Shown here one piece after another: positions 27,668 to 34,088 of a DNA stretch of 34,088 bases (positions are counted from its first letter, which is position 1; each line of letters opens with the position of its first letter). The notes beneath the pieces were generated by a model. That model saw only the letters and a list, made by a program, of their open reading frames with translations. It made no database searches and had not been told where the DNA came from. The stretch is from Treponema sp. (lineage in GTDB: Bacteria > Spirochaetota > Spirochaetia > Treponematales > Treponemataceae), in the NCBI GenBank assembly GCA_017614295.1, contig JAGACC010000388.1, positions 1 through 34,088 of the forward strand, written 5' to 3'. The position numbers were made by a program, and so were the translations under genes.

Positions 27668-28447
27668 TTATTCATCCCTTTTTAAAATTGTAGAAATAGC
27701 TTTTGCCATTGTTTCCGCATCGTGGTCCGCAGCCTTTGAACCGTCGGAGAAGGTGCTGCCACGGCTTGCAGGAGAAGAAACTCCACTGCTGGCAAATTCC
27801 GTATCTTCTATTACGTCGGGACTTTCGTCAATATCACCTGTAAGGGCATCAAAACCGGAAAGATCCGGCAAACTGTCTATGCCTTCTACGGAATCATCAC
27901 CGGACTTGCCGGAAGAAGACGCCGTAACATCTGCCACAGACGAAGCAACAAAGGAAGAATTGTTTTCATCCTGTTTAGCAGCGGCAACGGTTGCAGCTGT
28001 AGCAGCAGTTTCCTTTGCGCTCTGAATGAAGCTTTCCTCATGGGAATCCGGAGCATTCTGCATAGCAGCACCGGCATCATCAAGATCGGCATGAACCTTT
28101 GCATCGGATTCCTTTAAGGTCTGTGCATCCAGAATCTTTTTATTGTTGCCAACGGAGAAGCGCAAATTCTCACCGTCATCCGTAAGGTCTTCATCAGAAA
28201 TTGTAATGTCTACCTTGTTGCCCAAAGTAGAAGGCTTTTTTGCGGAAGAAACTTCCACGTCTGCCGACTGCTCCAAAAATGTGTTGAACAAAAAGTCAAC
28301 AAGAAGGAACAAAAGAGCAAAAACTACACCGAATATAAGTCCCCTTATGAGAGACCAAAAAAGGCTGTGTGCAAAAATCAAACTAATTACAAAAGAAATA
28401 ACAAAACCTGCTGCCGCCGGAATTGCTATCTTTTTTGGAGTGAGCAT
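27668..28447 (-). CDS. Membrane-anchored hypothetical protein (two TM helices, acidic disordered linker, C-terminal helix)
   Basis: SD GGAGG; two N-terminal hydrophobic helices; Asp/Ser/Ala-rich region; ends DAETMAKAISTILKRDE. Confidence 0.8.
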   Translation of the reverse strand: MLTPKKIAIPAAAGFVISFVISLIFAHSLFWSLIRGLIFGVVFALLFLLVDFLFNTFLEQSADVEVSSAKKPSTLGNKVDITISDEDLTDDGENLRFSVGNNKKILDAQTLKESDAKVHADLDDAGAAMQNAPDSHEESFIQSAKETAATAATVAAAKQDENNSSFVASSVADVTASSSGKSGDDSVEGIDSLPDLSGFDALTGDIDESPDVIEDTEFASSGVSSPASRGSTFSDGSKAADHDAETMAKAISTILKRDE

Positions 28448-28472
28448 AAACCATTCCTCCGCATATATATAT

Positions 28473-28502
28473 AAGATTACGTCAAAATTTCATTCCGGTC
28501 AA
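28473..28502 (-). promoter_or_regulatory. Sigma70-type promoter for the hyp-fliA-fapA block
   Basis: TTGACC-17 nt-TAATCT on the minus strand, upstream of SD GGAGG. Confidence 0.55.
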
Positions 28503-28538
28503 GTTTAACTTGCAAATTCAGAATAATTTAAACGCTAT

Positions 28539-29408
28539 TTACCTTTTTTTCTTTCCGCCTACAACAAATTTCTTAAGGAAATTCTGAACGCCAACGGAAG
28601 CATTGTTCTCCGTCTTCTCTATCCTTCCGACTATGTGCTTAATGCAGACGGAAGGCCTTGAAGTTGGATTAACCACGATAAAAGGCTTTTGGCGGATAAC
28701 TGCAGTCTGAACCACAGAATCCTCATAAACAAAACCTATATAGTCAACCTTATAGTTAAGGAACTGACCAACAATAGTAATGATACGCTCGGAGATGCGC
28801 TTTCCCTCGTCCGCAGAATGAACGCGGTTTACGAGAAGCTTTATGTTGCTCTCCCTGTCCACAAGCTCAGTGGAAATTATCTTTATGATACCATAAGCAT
28901 CCGTTATGGCAGTTGGCTCCGGCGTGGTAACTACATAAACTTCATCTGCGGCTGCAACAAACTGAAGAACGTTGTTTGCAATACCTGCACCAGTGTCTAT
29001 GATTATTATGTCGGCGTTGGAAAGAGACAGGAATTCCTTTGTAAAATAATCCAGCTCTTCCTTGGACAGGTTGGCTATCTTGGAGAATCCGTTTGCACCA
29101 GCAATGAATTTTATGCCGAATTCCGTGTCCAAAATTATTTCGCTCATCTTTTTCTGGCGGTTGATAACCTGAAGCAAGTTGTAGCGAGGCACTATGTTAA
29201 GCAAAACATTAACATTAGCCATACCCATATCACCGTCGATCAGGATTACGCGCTTGCCAATTTCTGCATAGGCAATAGCCATGTTAACGGCAACATTTGT
29301 CTTACCAACTCCACCCTTGCCGCTAGTTATCGCAATAATCCTTGTCTTATGGGGATCGCCGTTCCCCATCATGGCACGTAGCTCGTTTGCCTGTTCTTCC
29401 ATTCCCAT
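28539..29408 (-). CDS. flhG: MinD-like flagellar number/placement ATPase FlhG (FleN/YlxH)
   Basis: EQANELR N-terminal activator helix, deviant Walker A SGKGGVGKT, DGDMGMAN, IIDTGAG, TTPEPTAITDAY; follows flhF. Start 29408 or 29402. Confidence 0.92.
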   Translation of the reverse strand: MGMEEQANELRAMMGNGDPHKTRIIAITSGKGGVGKTNVAVNMAIAYAEIGKRVILIDGDMGMANVNVLLNIVPRYNLLQVINRQKKMSEIILDTEFGIKFIAGANGFSKIANLSKEELDYFTKEFLSLSNADIIIIDTGAGIANNVLQFVAAADEVYVVTTPEPTAITDAYGIIKIISTELVDRESNIKLLVNRVHSADEGKRISERIITIVGQFLNYKVDYIGFVYEDSVVQTAVIRQKPFIVVNPTSRPSVCIKHIVGRIEKTENNASVGVQNFLKKFVVGGKKKR

Positions 29409-29467
29409 AATCAACACCCACACATTACTTAAAATAGACTTCTTGACGCATAAGATACGGCAAGACT

Positions 29468-30853
29468 TTATTCTTCTTCATTCTCAGAGCCGAATTTCTT
29501 TACGACCTTGTCCTTGTTCACCTGGAACCCTATAAGCTGCCTTAGGAAAAGCACCGGGCTTGCACGCTTTAACGAATGCAATACCTGCTGTCCGTCAGTT
29601 ATCATAGAAACCTGCTTGTTCTTTTCGCTAAGGATACTGATGACGTTTCCGTATGCGGAAGTTTCATCACATTTTGTTACAATCACGCTGCGGAAGTCAA
29701 AAGACTCGTAGTTCCTGATGATTTTTTCAAGGTCACTTGCCTTAGTGCTGGCTGCAACGGCAAGATAAATGTCCGGCTGCATACCCTTAACATCGAGCAT
29801 AGAGCGCATCTTTGCTATATTCTCGTAGTCGTTGGGACTGTATCCGCTTGTATCAATAAGAACAAAATCCATGCTGTTCTTGTACGAATCAAAAAGAGAC
29901 TTAAGGTCATCCGCACTTTCCGCTTTGTCAACGTCTATCTCTATAGCGTCGCCATAGTGCTTAAGCTGCTCAAAGGCACCAACACGCCATGTGTCCATGG
30001 TTATCATCTTGATTGAAGGTGCAGCAAGCTTCTTTGACTGGGCAACCTTGCGGAGCTTTGCGGCCATACGGGCAATTGTAGTTGTCTTTCCAACACCGGT
30101 GGGACCAACAACAACTATAACATGGGCAAACTTACCCTTTGAATTGAATTTTGGAGCAATAGAGATTGTCTCTCCAATCCAGTCTATTACGCTGTCCTGT
30201 ACGCGGTCAAAATCCTCCAAGTCCTCCAGATTGAATTCCCTGCGGATTTTTTCATCCATTTTGCGGATGTAGTTCTGTGTGAATTCATTCTGAACAAGAA
30301 GGTCATTTATCTTCTGTATAGTGGCATTTTCATCGCCCTGAGACGCTGCCTGAGCCTGGGAGACTGAATCAATCTTTTCACCAAGCTTTTCTATCTGCTT
30401 TGTAAGCTGAGCAACCTGAAGCATACTGGTTACATTGCCGTTACCCAAAGTCTGCTTTAGGAATTCATCGCGTTTGGCGGTAAAGCTGTTCTGGTTTGGA
30501 TCTGCCATGCCTGTCTTTACAGGAGCTTCCCTTGTCATATAAGGCATGTAGTCTGTCTTCTGCGGATAAGCCTGTGGCCTCTGGTAAGGAGAATAGTCTG
30601 CCCCGCCCGAATATGGCATTTTCTTTAGGGGATCCGGAACTGAATTGTACCTGTTGAATGAATCTTCGACAACATAGTTGGCGTTTACGATTTCCTTCTG
30701 AAAAAAGCCGAACAGTCCACCCTTGAGCGTAGTCTTGTAGTTAAGAATCTGGTACATATCACCATATTCTCTCTGCAGCCTGTTCTTTATCCATTCAAGA
30801 GAAGGTCCTTCTATCTCCATCTGTGTGCTTCCAAGTTTTTCAGTTTTGTACAT
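29468..30853 (-). CDS. flhF: SRP-family GTPase FlhF
   Basis: KGGLFGFF B-domain motif, GPTGVGKTTT, DTWRVGAFEQL, DTSG, TKCDE, TDGQQV. Start at ATG 30853 after GGAG, overlapping the flhA end. Confidence 0.93.
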   Translation of the reverse strand: MYKTEKLGSTQMEIEGPSLEWIKNRLQREYGDMYQILNYKTTLKGGLFGFFQKEIVNANYVVEDSFNRYNSVPDPLKKMPYSGGADYSPYQRPQAYPQKTDYMPYMTREAPVKTGMADPNQNSFTAKRDEFLKQTLGNGNVTSMLQVAQLTKQIEKLGEKIDSVSQAQAASQGDENATIQKINDLLVQNEFTQNYIRKMDEKIRREFNLEDLEDFDRVQDSVIDWIGETISIAPKFNSKGKFAHVIVVVGPTGVGKTTTIARMAAKLRKVAQSKKLAAPSIKMITMDTWRVGAFEQLKHYGDAIEIDVDKAESADDLKSLFDSYKNSMDFVLIDTSGYSPNDYENIAKMRSMLDVKGMQPDIYLAVAASTKASDLEKIIRNYESFDFRSVIVTKCDETSAYGNVISILSEKNKQVSMITDGQQVLHSLKRASPVLFLRQLIGFQVNKDKVVKKFGSENEEE

Positions 30854-32984
30854 CGATGTCTCCAATGGTTTCTACTTTTATACCTGAACCTGCAGCCATA
30901 ACTTCGCTTACAGAAATGCAAACGAGTCCCGGAATTTCCCGTTCAGTTGAAGAATGAACAAGAAGTCGGACCTGATCCGGGCAAAGAACGATAGGCAGAT
31001 AATTTCTTTCGCTTACGGCAGCAAAAGATGCGCTCATTGTTTCTATATACTTGCGGCCGTCAACTGGGTCAAATGCAACGAAGGGCTTCTGTCCTGGCTG
31101 CATAACCTGATGGTCAAGGATGTTCTGGGCAAGTGTCTGGGAAAGGCGCATAACGTGGAGCACCCTGTCGTCATCCGCATACTGGAGACAAATCTGGGCA
31201 CCCAAGGCTTCCCTAACCTTTTCCGTAAGAATCCACGGGTCTTTTGTAATAGGAGCAAAGTTGGCAAGTGTTTCCAGGATAACTACCATATTGCGGATGC
31301 TTACCTGCTCATTCAAGAGGTTCTTGAGGACGCTCTCGATTTCACCGTATGTAAGCTTGTGTTCTCCGCTAAGGATTTCGTCAACAACAACAGGGTTCGT
31401 TTCTTTTACCTTGTTTATAATAGAACTTACTTCCTGGCGGCTCAAGATGTCCGATGCGTGGCGTCTTATGATTTCCGTAAGGTGTGTTGCAATGATTGTA
31501 GGAGGATCAATTACAGCGTAACCGGCTTTTTCTGCTTCCAGGCGCTTTGGTTCAGAAACCCAGATTGCCTCCATGCCGAATGCCGGGTCTTTTGTCTTTT
31601 CACCGACAATTGCACGCTTGGGGTCAACATTTCCTGTGTTAAGGCACATATAATAGCCAAGCTTGAGCTTACTTTTGCCAACTTCTATACCGCGAATCTT
31701 AAATGAATATTCGTCGGGGTCAATGGACATACTGTCACGGATTCTTATCGGCGGAACAACAAGTCCAAGGTCAAGTGCTTCCTCACGGCGGATTCTTGTT
31801 ACGCGCTCAAGGAGTTCTGCACCCTTTTCACGGTCAACAAGAGGAACAAGGGCATAGCCAAGGTCGAGTGAAAGCGGATCAAGTGTAACGACAGGAGAAA
31901 CTTCATCGGGGCTACCGCCAGTCTGCTTGTTGGACTTTGCGTTTCTTGCCGCTTCTGCCGCACGCTCTGCTTCCGTCTTTTGCATTCTCTGCATACGGAT
32001 TCCAAGGTAGACAAATATTGCTCCGATTGGCACAAGAACGAATGCAGATGCATTGTGGAAGGCAAGCCCCATAGCAGCAAGAGCAATACCAACGATAACG
32101 TATATGGTTCCGCTAACGGAGAAGTTGCGCTTAAGCTCATCACCGATGAACTCGTCTGCACGGCTTCCCGTAACAAGAATACCTGTAGAGAAGGAAACAA
32201 GCAGTGCCGGAAGCTGGGAAAGCAAACCGTCGCCTATGGTAAGCTTAGCATAGGTGTCCATAGCCTCGCCTGCAGCCATGCCGTGGAATACCATACCGGT
32301 AATCATACCGCCTATAAGGTTTACCACTGTAATGAATATGCCGGCCTTTACGTTTCCGCTTACGAATTTGGATGAACCGTCCATGGTTGAATAGAAGTCC
32401 ACCTCACGCCTTATTTCTTCCTTGCGCTTTTCTGCCTCTTCCTCGGTAATGGCACCGCTGTTAAGGTCGTTCTGGATGTCGAACATTTTGGAGTTCATAC
32501 TGTCCAAGGTAAAGCGTGCGCTAACTTCAGAAATACGGCCTGCACCCTTTGTTACTACGATTACCTGAACGACTATAAGTATGATAAAAATGATGAATCC
32601 TACGACAATGTTGTCTCCAGCAACGATATTGGCAAAAGCCTTTACCATTTCGCTCTGGGTATTCATAAGAAGGGAGGCTGGAATATTTGCCCCCGGAAGA
32701 AGGATAAGTCTTGTTGAAGAAATGTTTATGGCAAGCCCAAACAGAGTCACCAGAAGGATTACACGCGGGAAAGAAGAAAAGTCCGCAGCGCGTCTGGTGT
32801 AGATTACCGTCAAAAGGATTACCAAGGCAAGGGCCAAGTTTACAACCATTGCCACATCAATTATCATCTTTGGCAGCGGTATAAAAAGCATAAGGACTAT
32901 TAAAACCGCAGCCACCGCTACGGAATTTCCCTGAATTGCTGAAATTATACTCTGCTTGCTGTTCCCACTTTTATTTTCTGCCAT
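30840..32984 (-). CDS. flhA: Flagellar export gate protein FlhA
   Basis: FSSFP..LL..TLF.LAINISSTRLIL, VVTKGAGRISEVSARFTLD, DFYSTMDGSSKFVSGN, LTIGDGLLSQLPAL, LLNEQVSIRN. Confidence 0.97.
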   Translation of the reverse strand: MAENKSGNSKQSIISAIQGNSVAVAAVLIVLMLFIPLPKMIIDVAMVVNLALALVILLTVIYTRRAADFSSFPRVILLVTLFGLAINISSTRLILLPGANIPASLLMNTQSEMVKAFANIVAGDNIVVGFIIFIILIVVQVIVVTKGAGRISEVSARFTLDSMNSKMFDIQNDLNSGAITEEEAEKRKEEIRREVDFYSTMDGSSKFVSGNVKAGIFITVVNLIGGMITGMVFHGMAAGEAMDTYAKLTIGDGLLSQLPALLVSFSTGILVTGSRADEFIGDELKRNFSVSGTIYVIVGIALAAMGLAFHNASAFVLVPIGAIFVYLGIRMQRMQKTEAERAAEAARNAKSNKQTGGSPDEVSPVVTLDPLSLDLGYALVPLVDREKGAELLERVTRIRREEALDLGLVVPPIRIRDSMSIDPDEYSFKIRGIEVGKSKLKLGYYMCLNTGNVDPKRAIVGEKTKDPAFGMEAIWVSEPKRLEAEKAGYAVIDPPTIIATHLTEIIRRHASDILSRQEVSSIINKVKETNPVVVDEILSGEHKLTYGEIESVLKNLLNEQVSIRNMVVILETLANFAPITKDPWILTEKVREALGAQICLQYADDDRVLHVMRLSQTLAQNILDHQVMQPGQKPFVAFDPVDGRKYIETMSASFAAVSERNYLPIVLCPDQVRLLVHSSTEREIPGLVCISVSEVMAAGSGIKVETIGDIDVQN

Positions 32985-33007
32985 GAGTCCCCACCCACTT
33001 TTTTTAT

Positions 33008-33036
33008 AGTATAAAGTGTTTTATATAATTTTTCAA
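33008..33036 (-). promoter_or_regulatory. Sigma70 promoter between flhB and flhA
   Basis: TTGAAA(33036-33031)-17 nt-TATACT(33013-33008) in the AT-rich intergenic gap. Confidence 0.65.
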
Positions 33037-33045
33037 TCAAAAAAA

Positions 33046-34088
33046 TCAAACTTTTGCATATTTTTTGTCAAGATAGCCAATCTGTACATAAACAGTGGCT
33101 ATTGCCTTCAAATAATTTGCAGGTATTATATCACCAACCTGGGTGTCTGTATATAGTCCGCGGGCAAGAGGCCTGTTTTCCACCACAGGAACCCCGTTAT
33201 CCCGCGCTATCTTCTTCATATTTTGAGCGGTAAGGTCTTCTCCCTTTGCCGTAACCTCCGGAAGTTCAGCCGTATCGCGCTTCCACTCAAGGGCAACCGC
33301 ATAATGGGTCGGGTTTGTAATAACAACGTCCGCCTCTTTTACAGCCTTCTGTATGTTCTGCCTTAGCATAGCCCGCTGAACCTGCTCCAAATGGCTCTTA
33401 ACCTCCGGGTCGCCTTCCATTTCCTTGTATTCTTCCTTAACTTCCTGCTTTGTCATCTTCATGCTTTCGCGGAACTGCCTTCTCTGCACGATATAGTCAA
33501 GCACGCCAACAAAAAGCAGCAAAACCGCGCAAATGATAAGCAGAACAGCAGCCATTCCGGCAAAACTCTTCATAGCAAGCCTGGGTCCGCCGGTCCTAAG
33601 ATAGTCAAAAATAGAAGGCAAATTAAAGCGGATAACAAAAAAAGCTATTATTGCTATTACCGCAACCTTAAAAATCGACTTAAAAATATTGAATACGCCC
33701 TCTACAGAGAAGAAACTGCGCTTAAGGTACTGTCCAAAGTGAGGAACTATTTTGTCAAACTTTGGCATAATTGTCTTTGTAGTGAACAAAAAGCCCTTGT
33801 TCTGAATCAAATTGGAGGTAACACCCGCAATTAGGCCAACCAGCGCAATAGGCAGTATCATCATAAGGAAGTACTTTAGGCAAAAATAGCCGAACTTCTT
33901 GTCGTCCACCTTAGCCGCAGTAACATTCCTAAAGAAATACGTAAGGACTTCCTCGCATTTCCGTTCAATCCATGGTGCAAGCAGTATAAGCACAATGACG
34001 GTAAAGAAAAAGACAAGGGTTCCGCTAAGCTCCTGACTTTTTGCAAGACGGCCTTCTTCTCGGGCTTTACGGAGTTTGTATTCTGAAG
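33046..34088 (-). CDS. flhB: Flagellar export switch protein FlhB; partial, 5' end lies beyond the window
   Basis: Frame stays open to the window end (SEYKLRKAREEGRLAKSQELSG); KMTKQEVKEEYKEMEGDPEVK, autocleavage motif NPTH, VENRPLARGLY. Confidence 0.96.
   Translation of the reverse strand, partial: SEYKLRKAREEGRLAKSQELSGTLVFFFTVIVLILLAPWIERKCEEVLTYFFRNVTAAKVDDKKFGYFCLKYFLMMILPIALVGLIAGVTSNLIQNKGFLFTTKTIMPKFDKIVPHFGQYLKRSFFSVEGVFNIFKSIFKVAVIAIIAFFVIRFNLPSIFDYLRTGGPRLAMKSFAGMAAVLLIICAVLLLFVGVLDYIVQRRQFRESMKMTKQEVKEEYKEMEGDPEVKSHLEQVQRAMLRQNIQKAVKEADVVITNPTHYAVALEWKRDTAELPEVTAKGEDLTAQNMKKIARDNGVPVVENRPLARGLYTDTQVGDIIPANYLKAIATVYVQIGYLDKKYAKV

Noticed and set aside
28689-33834. Long plus-strand ORFs (28689-29381, 29576-30016, 30954-31706, 33391-33834)
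   Set aside because: Antisense shadows of flhG, flhF, flhA and flhB, expected from codon bias.
23699-34088. Sigma-28 promoters (TAAA-N15-GCCGATAA) in the flagellar cluster
   Set aside because: No convincing match by eye in the intergenic gaps; only sigma70-like promoters were found.
1-34088. CRISPR arrays, IS elements, prophage, defence or toxin-antitoxin genes
   Set aside because: No regularly spaced repeats or matching protein motifs; the window is almost fully tiled by housekeeping genes.

Overview
Core-genome window from a spirochaete, most likely a Treponema. This is inferred from the flhB-flhA-flhF-flhG-hyp-fliA-fapA synteny and the E-DUF2764-A-B-D-I-K V/A-type ATPase order. Left to right: (i) a minus-strand operon of rnz, a GldA-like ABC ATPase and a fused GldF/GldG-like permease that runs off the window start and is missing from the ORF track; (ii) a plus-strand surface-glycan block with an uncharacterised EF-hand membrane protein, rmlA-rmlC-rmlD-rmlB, a WbaP-type priming transferase and a single-POTRA Omp85-like beta-barrel; (iii) a palindromic, direct-repeat-flanked intergenic element; (iv) minus-strand genes for a secreted TPR-like protein, ispG, a Na+-type V/A-ATPase, galM and the end of a flagellar export/regulation cluster. 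I saw no tRNA, rRNA, CRISPR array, transposase or integrase. The best leads are the EF-hand/rml/wbaP/Omp85 module, a histone-like basic tail on ATPase subunit E together with an acidic patch in subunit I, the MITE/REP-like element, apparently leaderless genes, and a possible FliF-tail mimic upstream of fliA. All family calls come from motif recognition by eye; no searches were run.
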